A DNA stretch of 64,000 nt, from the NCBI GenBank assembly GCA_018065435.1, contig JAGHTK010000076.1, positions 5,943 to 69,942 of the forward strand, written 5' to 3'. The position numbers and the translations under genes are program-made. The notes below the pieces were generated by a model. The model was not told the origin of the DNA. It saw only the letters and a list, made by a program, of their open reading frames with translations, and searched no databases. Of the stretch, positions 1 to 9,494 are shown in pieces. Source of the DNA: Candidatus Alistipes equi. GTDB lineage: Bacteria > Bacteroidota > Bacteroidia > Bacteroidales > Rikenellaceae. Positions within the stretch are counted from its first letter, which is position 1; every line of letters starts with the position of its first letter.

Positions 1-1
1 C

Positions 2-685
2 ATGTCATGCAAAAACTCGAGTGATGCAAAAAAGAACATCATAATTTCATCCATTATTCAAACCGGAATAATTTTCTTGTTCCTTGTACTTGGTGCAGTT
101 CTTTACATGTATGCAGCCAAGACGGGCTTTGAGCTCCCTCAGGGCGGTGACAAGATGTTCCCTGCAATTGCTACATCATCCTCTATGCCAGTGATTGTAG
201 GTATATTTTTTGTACTGGGACTTATTTCGTCAACATTCTCCGCTGCCGGTTCTGCAATGACAGCACTTACAACTTCATTTACTATTGATATTCTTGGAGC
301 AAAAGCTGAAAATACAGAACAACTGACCCAGAAAAGAAAGAGAGTACACCTCTTTATGGCTTTTGCAATGATTATAACAATCTATGCTCTATATAAATTT
401 AACAATACAAGCATTATTAATGCCGTATATACTCTGGCAAGTTATACATATGGCCCAATTCTTGGAATGTTCGCATTCGGCATACTAACTAAATTTCAAG
501 TTCGTGGCAAATGGATTGGTTGTGTTGCAATACTTTCACCTATACTCTGCTTTGTTCTTCAACAGAATTCCGAGAAATGGATGGGAGGATACAAGTTCAG
601 TTACGAACTTCTTATTGTAAATGCGTTGATAACCTTTTTAGGAATGTGTCTTATGATCAAAAAATCAAAGAAAGAAAAAATTTGA
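2..685 (+). CDS. Sodium:solute symporter (SSS) family transporter, C-terminal part (5' end outside window)
   Basis: Polytopic hydrophobic ORF with SSS-like segments (GLISSTFSAAGSAMTALTTSFTID, ASYTYGPILGMFAFG); frame is open at the window edge. Confidence 0.8.
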   Translation: MSCKNSSDAKKNIIISSIIQTGIIFLFLVLGAVLYMYAAKTGFELPQGGDKMFPAIATSSSMPVIVGIFFVLGLISSTFSAAGSAMTALTTSFTIDILGAKAENTEQLTQKRKRVHLFMAFAMIITIYALYKFNNTSIINAVYTLASYTYGPILGMFAFGILTKFQVRGKWIGCVAILSPILCFVLQQNSEKWMGGYKFSYELLIVNALITFLGMCLMIKKSKKEKI

Positions 686-704
686 TTTGTGACATAGAGA
701 AAAC

Positions 705-736
705 ACAAAAGGCTTTCATTTCTGAAAGCCTTTTGT
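705..736. terminator. Bidirectional intrinsic terminator
   Basis: ACAAAAGGCTTTCA-tttc-TGAAAGCCTTTTGT perfect 14-bp stem between convergent genes. Confidence 0.8.
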
Positions 737-769
737 ATTTAAGAATACTCTTAAATAACACTTTAGAGT

Positions 770-919
770 TTACTTAAGAAACTCTGCCACTTTGTCATTG
801 GCCAAAATAGCCTCTTCAAAGCAGTAAGCACCGGTCTTTTCTGATTTGACCATTTTGATGCACTTTGTGAACTGCTTACCAGTACCTGTCTTAAGGGTCG
901 CAACAACTTTCTTTGCCAT
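770..919 (-). CDS. DUF4295 family small protein (Bacteroidota ribosomal protein bL38), 49 aa; not in the ORF track
   Basis: Manual translation MAKKVVATLKTGTGKQFTKCIKMVKSEKTGAYCFEEAILANDKVAEFLK*; directly downstream of rpmB-rpmG; AAGGAGG upstream. Confidence 0.9.
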   Translation of the reverse strand: MAKKVVATLKTGTGKQFTKCIKMVKSEKTGAYCFEEAILANDKVAEFLK

Positions 920-935
920 AAATTTTCCTCCTTAA

Positions 936-1118
936 TTACTTAATTTCACGATGTACAGTTACACGCTTCAAATAAGGATTGTACTTTTTACGCTCCAAGC
1001 GGTCTGGCGTGTTCTTTTTGTTTTTCGTAGTAATGTAACGGGATATTCCTGGAACACCACTAGCCTTCTGTTCAGTACACTCAAGAATTACCTGAACTCT
1101 GTTTCCTTTCTTAGCCAT
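936..1118 (-). CDS. rpmG: 50S ribosomal protein L33
   Basis: [16 protein letters not shown]...[35 protein letters not shown]. Confidence 0.97.
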   Translation of the reverse strand: MAKKGNRVQVILECTEQKASGVPGISRYITTKNKKNTPDRLERKKYNPYLKRVTVHREIK

Positions 1119-1130
1119 TTCTTAACTGTT

Positions 1131-1364
1131 TTAGTAAATCTTCTGGGGTGCCTTTGCTTCCTTCAAAGCCTTAGCCAAACCCTTCTTGTTAATTGTCTTG
1201 AGTCCAGCAACGGATATCTTCAAAGTAATCCATCTGCTTTCCTCCTCCGACCAAACACGCTTAGTCTTCAAATTAGGACTAAACTTGCGCTTTGAGCGGA
1301 TGTGCGAGTGTGAAACATTGTTTCCCACAACGGCAACTTTTCCTGTGATTTCGCAAACTCTCAT
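1131..1364 (-). CDS. rpmB: 50S ribosomal protein L28
   Basis: MRVCEITGK...GNNVSHSHIRSKRKFSPNL signature. Confidence 0.97.
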   Translation of the reverse strand: MRVCEITGKVAVVGNNVSHSHIRSKRKFSPNLKTKRVWSEEESRWITLKISVAGLKTINKKGLAKALKEAKAPQKIY

Positions 1365-1408
1365 TGTTAGTAAATATTAAATATAGCCTGACATAGTCAT
1401 GCGGACTG

Positions 1409-1416
1409 CAAATTTA
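1409..1416 (-). promoter_or_regulatory. Bacteroidota sigma-A -7 element (TAAATTTG) for rpmB
   Basis: Matches TAnnTTTG; TTTG (-33-like) at 1435-1438. Confidence 0.7.
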
Positions 1417-1446
1417 AGAATAAAATTTCAATATCAAATACCCAAA

Positions 1447-2802
1447 TCAATCAGCACCGCCACCAAGTGCAGAATACAGGTTCACAATTCCCTTAATTGT
1501 ATCAAAGTGATCTGAAATTTGCTGAAGTTGTGCAGAAAGCAAAGCCTGTTGCGCTGTTAGCACTTCAAGGTATGTAGACTGCGAATGGCTCATCAGCTGG
1601 CGGGTTGAATTCACGGCACTTTCAAGAGCCGTAATCTGTTTCTCTCTCAAATCATTTTTCGCCATAGACGTACGGCAAACCGCCATTGCATCATTGACTT
1701 CACTACCAGCTTGTAACAAAGACTGTTGAAACGAGATAAGAGCCTGCTGTTGCGAAGCCTTCGCAATCTTAAGATTAGCACGATTGCGCCCAGCATTGAA
1801 TATGGGCGAAGCAAGCTTACCGGCCAAAGAGATGAACCACTGAGTAGGATTATTTATTGCATCACGCCAACCTCCCGATCCCGTAAGCGTAAGACTTGGA
1901 TAAAGTTGTGAACGGGCAATATTCGTTCCGTAGAAAGCCTCTTCAAGATTCTTCTCTGCAACCTGCAAATCAGGACGACGAGAAAGGAGCAATGCCGGAA
2001 TTCCAACATTCAGCCTTTCAGGGAATTTTTGATCAGATAGTCTTCCTCTCTCAAAGTGCTGAGGAGTTGTTCCTAACAACAATGCAAGTGAATTTTCGAC
2101 CTTTATAATATCGTATTCCAAATCAAAGAGCGACGCCTCAATCGAGCAACTGTTAGCCTCTGTTCTTGATATAGAAGCCTCGTTTGTCATGCCAGCCTCC
2201 TTCATTGCCTTCATCGTACGAACATTTGCTTTCCACGATGCCGCTGTCTTCTTTGACACCTCCATCTGAGCATCCAACATTAGAAGTGTATAGTAACAGT
2301 TGGCAACAGATTTGATAAGCTCAGTCTGAACAGTTTTTTCATATAGTAGCGAGCTCTCATATGCAGACTTCTTTTGACGTTTGTTGTTAAGCAAGCGTCC
2401 TGCAATATCAATTTCCCAACTAGCTTTCAATGGAAGCGAATAGCCAAATTTCGTACCATCATACTTTTTGTTGGTTTCCGACTCGAAGGAAGGTTCGAAT
2501 GACAATGACGGCAAAAATGCAAGACGGGCCGTTTTAAGCGTAGCCTCGCTCTGCAAAATGCGTTGTGCGGCAATACGCATGCTACTATTGTGAATAAGTG
2601 CTGAATCTATCAATCGCTGCAAGTATGGATCCTGGAAAAATTCTCGCCAAGAAAGATCTGCTATAGTCACAGAATCTGTAAAAGATTGATCCTTTCCAAA
2701 CAAGGATTCAGTCTTCACGCTCTCCGGACGTTTATACTTCTTAAATACAGAACACCCGGAAAGGACAAAAAGTGAAGTTATCAAAATCAGTATATATTTC
2801 AT
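1447..2802 (-). CDS. RND efflux outer-membrane factor (TolC/NodT lipoprotein)
   Basis: Lipobox LSGC; WEIDIAG, LLSRRPDL and YLEVLTAQQ...LYSALGGG motifs. Confidence 0.93.
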   Translation of the reverse strand: MKYILILITSLFVLSGCSVFKKYKRPESVKTESLFGKDQSFTDSVTIADLSWREFFQDPYLQRLIDSALIHNSSMRIAAQRILQSEATLKTARLAFLPSLSFEPSFESETNKKYDGTKFGYSLPLKASWEIDIAGRLLNNKRQKKSAYESSLLYEKTVQTELIKSVANCYYTLLMLDAQMEVSKKTAASWKANVRTMKAMKEAGMTNEASISRTEANSCSIEASLFDLEYDIIKVENSLALLLGTTPQHFERGRLSDQKFPERLNVGIPALLLSRRPDLQVAEKNLEEAFYGTNIARSQLYPSLTLTGSGGWRDAINNPTQWFISLAGKLASPIFNAGRNRANLKIAKASQQQALISFQQSLLQAGSEVNDAMAVCRTSMAKNDLREKQITALESAVNSTRQLMSHSQSTYLEVLTAQQALLSAQLQQISDHFDTIKGIVNLYSALGGGAD

Positions 2803-5800
2803 AACGCCTCCTTTCTTTCCTTCTTTTTTGATGGAGGAACAACAAACTCCTCTATTTTCTGGAATACAATGAACAATGACGGAACAATCAGAAGAAGTGC
2901 AATGGTTCCGATAATCATACCACCTACAACACCTGCTCCCAATGTGTTATTACCATTGGCACCAACACCTGTCGAGAACATCAAAGGAAGCATACCGAAA
3001 ACCATCGTAAGAACTGTCATCATAATCGGGCGGAAACGTTCCTTCGTTGCATTGAAAGCTGCCTCGGCAAGACCCATACCATTTTCACGGCGAGTTACCG
3101 CATACTCCGTAATAAGGATTGCTGTTTTCGAAAGAAGTCCAATAAGCATGATAAGGCCCGTCTGCAGGTAAATATTGTTCTCTAGTCCCATCCATCTTGC
3201 AAACATAAACGAGCCTATCAGTCCGAAAGGCACGGAAAGTATGATTGAAAACGGAATAAAGTAACTCTCATAGAGTGCACACAGGATAAGATAAATCAAA
3301 ACGATGCAGACTATAAATATAAATATGGTATTGTTTCCAGACTGAGCCTCTTCTCTTGAAATTCCAGCAAAGTCGAATCCATATCCAACAGGGAGTGTCT
3401 CCTCGGCAGTTTCACGAATTGCACGTATAGCATCACCCGAGGAACAACCATCTGCAGCACGGCCATTGATTCCAATACAAGGGAACATGTTGAATCTCGA
3501 CAGGTTCTCCGGTGCATAAATCTTGTTAAGACGTATAAACTGGCTAATTGGAGCCATCTCCGTTCCGATGCGAACAAAAATGTTGTTGAGTGTCTGCTGG
3601 TCAACTCTGTATTTAGGATCTGCCTGAACAACTACCTGATAGAGTTTCGTAAAGCGGTTGAACTTCGTCGAAAGCGATCCTCCATAGTAGCCATTCAGAA
3701 CACTAAGCACCTCCTTTGGAGAGAGCCCTGCCCTCTTACACTTCACAGCATCGACATCGAGTTGGTACTGCGGGTATCTAGGATTAAACGATGTATGTGC
3801 CGAACCAATTTCCGGACGCTCCTTCAAACGAGCGAGGAACGTGTTGGTAACATCTGCCAAATCATAAATATTGCCTCCTTTGCGGTCCTGAATATAAATT
3901 TCAAAGCCGTTTGTAGCACCATATCCAGGAATCATTGCAGGAGATGTCGTAAATATTGATGCATCGTTAAAGGATGAAGCATATTCCTTGACACGATTCA
4001 TAATGGCATCTACACTGTGTTCCTTGCCAGGGCGTTCATCCCATGGTTTTAAGCGGATGGTAAAGTTTCCATTCGAAGAGCCGGCTCCGGTAGTCATACC
4101 AAATCCTGTCATGTTCAAATATGCTCTTGCCTCAGGGATGTCCTGAACGATTTCCCTATCAATACGATCCATAACGCCCTTCGTATAGGAAAGTGAGGAA
4201 CCCGGAGGTGTACTTACGTCTATTCGCATGGTTCCTATATCCTCCTTAGGAATCAAACCCGTTTTGGTTGTTTGCATATAATATGCCAGAAGACCTACGA
4301 CGCCCACAATCAAAACAAATGCAATCCATGGTCTACGCAAGAAAAACGATACGGATTTCAAATAGTGGTAAGTTGTAGCCTGAAAAGCACTTTCAAAGGC
4401 ATCCCCCATACGAGCACCCAAAGACTTCTTCACAACTTTTCCCGAAGCGTCTTTCGGACGCAAGAACAATGAACAAAGTGCTGGCGAAAGAGTCAATGCA
4501 TTGATGGCAGAGATACCAACGGACACGGCCATGGTAATACCAAACTGTGTATAGAACGAACCTGATGTTCCACCTATGAGTGACACAGGAATAAACACAG
4601 CCATAAAAACGAGCGTGGATGTAATGACAGCTGCTGTAATACCATCCATTGCATGTACCGCCGCTTTATACGGAGATACATATCCAGCATCGAAACGGGC
4701 ATGGACAGCCTCCACCACAATAATGGCGTCATCCACCACAACTCCAATGGAAAGCACCAAAGCAAACAGCGTAAGGAGGTTAATGCTGAATCCAAATATA
4801 TATAGGAACATAAAAGTTCCGATGATGGACACTAGCGTACAAATAAGAGGGATAAGTGTGGAGCGAATGGAGCGAAGGAAAACAAATACAACAAGTGTAA
4901 CAAGAATAATTGCCTCGATAAGCGTGCGCGCCACATTTTTGATTGATGCATAAAGGAAGTCATTAGACGAGGAAAGGATAACCGCCTCCAAATCGGTAGG
5001 AAAATCCTTTGATGCCTCCTCCATAAAAGCGTCGATTCTGTTGATAACCTCCGTAGCATTCGAACCAGGTGTCTGATAAACGGAGAAAGATGTTCCTGGA
5101 CTATGGTTAACCTCTCCCACATACAGATAGGACTGCGTTCCCAGCTCAATATCCGCAACATCCTTCAAACGCAAAAGTTCTCCGTTCGGAAGAGCTCTAA
5201 TAACGATATTTTCAAATTCATCAGGTTTCTCAAGACGCCCCTTGTAACGCATCGCATACTGGAACGTCTGATCGGCATTTTCTCCAAACGAACCTGTTGC
5301 AGCTTCTATATTCTGCTCATTCAAAGCCTCCTTTATATCACTCGGTATGAGTTTATATTGGGCCATAACATCAGGCTTAAGCCAGATTCGCATTGAGTAG
5401 TCCGAACCTCGAACTTCTATATCACCGACGCCCGGAATACGTGAAATTTCAGGAACCAGATTAATCTTTATATAGTTTACGATAAATGTTCTGTCGTATG
5501 TTCCATTTGGGCTATAAAGTGCAATCTGCTCCAGAATATTTGTCTGCCTTTTTCTGACTGTAACTCCAACTTCGGTAACTTCGGATGGCAACTGGCGAGT
5601 CGCTCTTGAAACACAATTCTGCACATTGACTGCAGCCATGTCAGGATCGGTTCCTTGTTTGAAGTAGACACGAACGCTAGCTGAACCGTTGTTCGTTGCA
5701 GTGGAGTACATATATGTCATGTTCTCAACGCCGTTGATAGCCTCCTCAAGAGGAACAACGACGGATTTTTGAACTGTCTCCGCACTAGCACCTGTATAAG

Positions 5801-5945
5801 TCGTGTTGACATTGATTGTCGGAGGGGCAATATTAGGATACCTCTCTATGGGAAGAATCGCAAGACCTATCAATCCTCCGATAACAATCAATACAGAGAT
5901 TACGGAAGAAAGGACAGGTCTATCGATGAATGTTTTGATTTTCAT
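2799..5945 (-). CDS. RND efflux permease (AcrB/HAE1 family)
   Basis: 1048 aa; FIDRPV start, GVVVDDAIIVVE proton-relay motif, ERFRPIMMT. Confidence 0.95.
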   Translation of the reverse strand: MKIKTFIDRPVLSSVISVLIVIGGLIGLAILPIERYPNIAPPTINVNTTYTGASAETVQKSVVVPLEEAINGVENMTYMYSTATNNGSASVRVYFKQGTDPDMAAVNVQNCVSRATRQLPSEVTEVGVTVRKRQTNILEQIALYSPNGTYDRTFIVNYIKINLVPEISRIPGVGDIEVRGSDYSMRIWLKPDVMAQYKLIPSDIKEALNEQNIEAATGSFGENADQTFQYAMRYKGRLEKPDEFENIVIRALPNGELLRLKDVADIELGTQSYLYVGEVNHSPGTSFSVYQTPGSNATEVINRIDAFMEEASKDFPTDLEAVILSSSNDFLYASIKNVARTLIEAIILVTLVVFVFLRSIRSTLIPLICTLVSIIGTFMFLYIFGFSINLLTLFALVLSIGVVVDDAIIVVEAVHARFDAGYVSPYKAAVHAMDGITAAVITSTLVFMAVFIPVSLIGGTSGSFYTQFGITMAVSVGISAINALTLSPALCSLFLRPKDASGKVVKKSLGARMGDAFESAFQATTYHYLKSVSFFLRRPWIAFVLIVGVVGLLAYYMQTTKTGLIPKEDIGTMRIDVSTPPGSSLSYTKGVMDRIDREIVQDIPEARAYLNMTGFGMTTGAGSSNGNFTIRLKPWDERPGKEHSVDAIMNRVKEYASSFNDASIFTTSPAMIPGYGATNGFEIYIQDRKGGNIYDLADVTNTFLARLKERPEIGSAHTSFNPRYPQYQLDVDAVKCKRAGLSPKEVLSVLNGYYGGSLSTKFNRFTKLYQVVVQADPKYRVDQQTLNNIFVRIGTEMAPISQFIRLNKIYAPENLSRFNMFPCIGINGRAADGCSSGDAIRAIRETAEETLPVGYGFDFAGISREEAQSGNNTIFIFIVCIVLIYLILCALYESYFIPFSIILSVPFGLIGSFMFARWMGLENNIYLQTGLIMLIGLLSKTAILITEYAVTRRENGMGLAEAAFNATKERFRPIMMTVLTMVFGMLPLMFSTGVGANGNNTLGAGVVGGMIIGTIALLLIVPSLFIVFQKIEEFVVPPSKKKERKEAL

Positions 5946-5948
5946 AAC

Positions 5949-7070
5949 CTACTCACCCATTTTAATGTCCTTAATCTTAATCTTGGTATTGTCTCGCAAT
6001 AGGCCCACACCTTCGATAACGATTGTATCTCCGGCCGATATACCATTCTGTATAACATACTCCTTACCATTGGAAATATTGAATACCGAAACCATCTGAG
6101 CCTTAGCCACACCACCATTTACGCGATATACAAAAACCTTGTCCTGTATTTCATAAGTTGCTGACTGTGGTATAACAATGCAACCTTCTTGATTGTGTGG
6201 TAGAATCACATTACCCGAACCTCCCGAAAGAAGCAGTCTTTTCGAATTGGGATACTTAGCACGAACGGTTACTGAGCCTGTTGTCTGGTCAATAATACCG
6301 GATATAGCCTCGATGCGCCCTTTCTCCTGATATATGGTTCCATCACTAAGTTGCAAATCAATGGAAGGCATTGCCTTCAGAGCATTTTCAAGACTTCCAT
6401 GAATTCTTGTAAGGGAAAGTACCTGAGATTCTGTCATGGAGAAATAAACGTACATCTCCGAGTTATCGGAAACACTCGTAAGCGGAGTCTTATCGGAAGG
6501 ACTCACCAATGTTCCTACGCGGAAAGGCAATGTTCCAACTACACCATCCGCCGGAGATTTTACCTCTGTATATGAAAGATTATTTCTTGCATTGATTTCA
6601 TTCGCCTTAGCCTGGGCCAGTTGTGCACGTTGTGAGGCTAATGTCGTTTTTGAAAGGTTAAGGTCAAACTCGGAAATGATATTCTGCTTGAAAAGTTCTT
6701 CCTTACTATTGGCAGTGAGTTCTGCGGCATCAACTGCAGCCTGCGCAACATCCACATTTGCAATGGCCGTCTGTAAAGCTGCCTGATAAGGAACCTGATC
6801 GATGACAAATAGCGTCTGCCCTTTTTTTACAACCGAACCCTCCTTTACGAATATGTCTGTAATGTATCCCGAGACCTTTGGACGAATATCAATATCCTGT
6901 TTGCCTCTAATAGTTGCAGAATAAATGGAACTCAGCTGACGGGATGTAGGCTGCATTACCATCACATTATACTCCCTAACTTTCTTTTTCGATTCTGCTT
7001 CACCGCACGATAAAAAGGCTATCATTGACACGGCTACAAAAAACAATATCAAAAAATTCTTTTTAGACAT
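5949..7070 (-). CDS. RND efflux periplasmic adaptor (AcrA-like MFP), lipoprotein
   Basis: IRPKVSGYI..VKEGSVVKKGQ lipoyl halves; lipobox FLSC; start moved to ATG 7070 because a -7 element lies at 7094-7101. Confidence 0.92.
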   Translation of the reverse strand: MSKKNFLILFFVAVSMIAFLSCGEAESKKKVREYNVMVMQPTSRQLSSIYSATIRGKQDIDIRPKVSGYITDIFVKEGSVVKKGQTLFVIDQVPYQAALQTAIANVDVAQAAVDAAELTANSKEELFKQNIISEFDLNLSKTTLASQRAQLAQAKANEINARNNLSYTEVKSPADGVVGTLPFRVGTLVSPSDKTPLTSVSDNSEMYVYFSMTESQVLSLTRIHGSLENALKAMPSIDLQLSDGTIYQEKGRIEAISGIIDQTTGSVTVRAKYPNSKRLLLSGGSGNVILPHNQEGCIVIPQSATYEIQDKVFVYRVNGGVAKAQMVSVFNISNGKEYVIQNGISAGDTIVIEGVGLLRDNTKIKIKDIKMGE

Positions 7071-7093
7071 GATTATTTTGGTTTTTGAATCCT

Positions 7094-7101
7094 CAAATTT
7101 A
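7094..7101 (-). promoter_or_regulatory. -7 element (TAAATTTG) of the RND operon
   Basis: TAnnTTTG consensus, 23 nt upstream of ATG. Confidence 0.65.
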
Positions 7102-7153
7102 CTAAATAGGCATAACACCCACAACCCTAAATTGACACAGAACTCAATAGCAA

Positions 7154-7184
7154 GGGGGTGAAACGGATGTTTTTGGGTGTGAAA
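7154..7184. promoter_or_regulatory. Imperfect direct repeat with 21-bp period (putative activator site)
   Basis: GGGGGTGAAA (7154-7163) and GGGTGTGAAA (7175-7184). Confidence 0.4.
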
Positions 7185-7272
7185 TAACTTGTCAAGGGAA
7201 TCGAACTAAAATCTGAGTGATAAAATAAAGTTAATTAGCAATATGCCATTGTTTGATTTGAGATAATATTCA

Positions 7273-7280
7273 TAACTTTG
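7273..7280 (+). promoter_or_regulatory. -7 element (TAACTTTG) of the aldA operon
   Basis: Consensus match with TTTG at 7252-7255. Confidence 0.65.
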
Positions 7281-7309
7281 GTATGAAAAAACCTAAAACT
7301 TCAAAAGCA

Positions 7310-8743
7310 ATGAAAAAATTAAAGATGTACATTAACGGCAAGTTTGTCGATAGTCGTTCCAAGAAATGGATTGATGTTTTAAATCCTTCAACAGAAGAAG
7401 TCATTTCCCAGCAACCAGATGGCACGATTGAAGATGCAGAAGAGGCAATTGATGCAGCAAAAGCGGCCCAAAAAGAGTGGGCAAAGTTGCCTGCATGCCA
7501 ACGTGCTGCGTATCTAAAGAAAATTGCAGAGGGAATTCGTAAGCGTAGAGAAAAATTCATCGACATCATCATACGCGAACAGGGAAAGACAAGATCTTGG
7601 GCAACAATCGAAGTTGATGTTACAGCTGACTATTTTGACTATATGGCAAGTTTTGCTCGTCACATAGAAGGTGAAATCATACAGAGCGACAACGTAGGTG
7701 AAACTATTCTCCTTTCCAAGAAGCCAATTGGTGTAGTTGCTGGTATCCTGCCTTGGAACTTCCCATTCTTCCTCATCGCAAGAAAAGCCGGAGCCGCACT
7801 CATCGCCGGATGTACCATCGTTCTAAAGCCTTCACAACTTACACCGGAGAACTGTACGGAATTTGCCAAAGTAATTGATGATATACAACTTCCGAAGGGC
7901 GTAATAAATATTGTAACGGGTAAAGGTTCCGTTATCGGCGCACACATGTCCGCTAGCCCTAAAATCGGCATAGTATCCGTAACAGGAAGCGTTTCAGCAG
8001 GTGAAAGCATTATGGCTGCCGCTTCTAAAAACATCACTAAGGTAAGTCTCGAACTTGGCGGAAAGGCTCCAGTAATAATCTGTCCGGATGCGGATTTGGA
8101 ATTGGCAGCAGACGCCGTTCTGGCTTCCAGAATTGGTAACAACGGACAAATCTGCAACAACGCCGAAAGATGTTACATTCATAAGGATGTTAAGAAGGAA
8201 TTCACAAAACTTCTTCTTAAGAAATTCAAAGATGTTACGTATGGTGATCCTTCTACAAATGAAAATGTGGATATGGGACCTCTCGTTGAGAAACGTGCTT
8301 TGGAAAGTGTAGCAGAGAAAGTTCGAAACGCTGTAAAACAGGGAGCAAAAGTTCTCTGCGGAGGAAAGGTTCCTCAAACAAAGGGATACTTCTATCCTGC
8401 AACGCTTCTTGATAACGTTAAACAAGATTTTGATATCGTTCACGAAGAAACGTTCGGCCCAGTGTTGCCGTTGATTGAATACACCGATTTGGACGAAGCT
8501 ATTGCCTGGGCAAATGACTGTGAATATGGTCTTGCCTCATCGGTATTCACCAACAATATAAATACAGCAGCCAAAGTATGCCGTGAATTGGAATTCGGTG
8601 AAACTTATGTCAATCGTTTCCACTTTGAAGGCATGCAGGGTTTCCATGCAGGCGTCAAGAAGAGCGGTATTGGCGGTGCTGATGGCAAGCACGGCATAGA
8701 AGAATATCTCGTTACACATGTAACATATCTGCAAACCAAATAA
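7310..8743 (+). CDS. aldA: NAD-dependent aldehyde dehydrogenase, lactaldehyde dehydrogenase (AldA)-like
   Basis: PWNFP, TGS, LELGGKAP, catalytic GQICN, EETFGP and QGFHAG motifs; start probably ATG 7310 given the promoter position. Confidence 0.85.
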   Translation: MKKLKMYINGKFVDSRSKKWIDVLNPSTEEVISQQPDGTIEDAEEAIDAAKAAQKEWAKLPACQRAAYLKKIAEGIRKRREKFIDIIIREQGKTRSWATIEVDVTADYFDYMASFARHIEGEIIQSDNVGETILLSKKPIGVVAGILPWNFPFFLIARKAGAALIAGCTIVLKPSQLTPENCTEFAKVIDDIQLPKGVINIVTGKGSVIGAHMSASPKIGIVSVTGSVSAGESIMAAASKNITKVSLELGGKAPVIICPDADLELAADAVLASRIGNNGQICNNAERCYIHKDVKKEFTKLLLKKFKDVTYGDPSTNENVDMGPLVEKRALESVAEKVRNAVKQGAKVLCGGKVPQTKGYFYPATLLDNVKQDFDIVHEETFGPVLPLIEYTDLDEAIAWANDCEYGLASSVFTNNINTAAKVCRELEFGETYVNRFHFEGMQGFHAGVKKSGIGGADGKHGIEEYLVTHVTYLQTK

Positions 8744-8750
8744 TTAACTG

Positions 8751-9494
8751 ATGGATAAACATAAGATAGGTCTTTTCATCCCTTGCTATGTTGATAAACT
8801 CTACCCAGAGGTTGGAGTAGCCTGCTATAGGCTGCTTCGCTCCCTTGGGCTGGAGGTTTTCTACCCAAAAGAGCAGACCTGTTGTGGGCAGCCGATGGGA
8901 AATGCTGGATTCGAGAGAATGTCTCGACCTATGGCTGAAAGTTTTGATTCGCTTTTTAAGGACTACGACTATGTCGTGGCTCCTGGTGTAAGTTGCGTTT
9001 CATATGTTAGACTTCACCATCCAACACTAATGGATGGACATCAATGCGAAGCTGCCTCGAAGACATATGATATTATTGAGTTTTTGCATGATGTAGTGAA
9101 AGTTCAGTCTCTCAAGGCAAAATTTCCATATAGGGTCAGTGTGCACAATTCGTGTCACGGCGTAAGGGAGTTGCACTTATCATCCCCGTCTGAACGGAAT
9201 ATTACGCAATACAACAAAATAATCGATCTTCTGAAAATGGTCGAGGGTATTGAGATTGTGGAACCCGAGAAGAAAGACGAGTGTTGTGGATTTGGAGGTA
9301 TGTTCTCTATCGAGGAACCACAAATAAGCACCCGCATGGGACATGACAAGATAATGCGCCATATGGCAACCAAGGCTCAATACATTACAGGGCCCGACAG
9401 CAGTTGTCTAATGCATATGCAAGGCATTGCTAAAAAGGAGTCTCTGCCAATAAAATTCATTCATGTCGTTGAAATATTAGCATCCGGGTTATGA
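8751..9494 (+). CDS. lutA: Lactate utilization protein A (LutA/YkgE/LldE), CCG-domain Fe-S protein
   Basis: LFIPCYVD, QTCCGQP, HNSCH, ECCGFGG and DSSCLMH motifs. Confidence 0.88.
   Translation: MDKHKIGLFIPCYVDKLYPEVGVACYRLLRSLGLEVFYPKEQTCCGQPMGNAGFERMSRPMAESFDSLFKDYDYVVAPGVSCVSYVRLHHPTLMDGHQCEAASKTYDIIEFLHDVVKVQSLKAKFPYRVSVHNSCHGVRELHLSSPSERNITQYNKIIDLLKMVEGIEIVEPEKKDECCGFGGMFSIEEPQISTRMGHDKIMRHMATKAQYITGPDSSCLMHMQGIAKKESLPIKFIHVVEILASGL

Noticed and set aside
7071-7124. N-terminal extension of the MFP given by the ORF track (similarly 13921, 45699 and 48276)
   Set aside because: These extensions overlap -7 promoter elements or the predicted leader; downstream ATGs give family-typical N-termini
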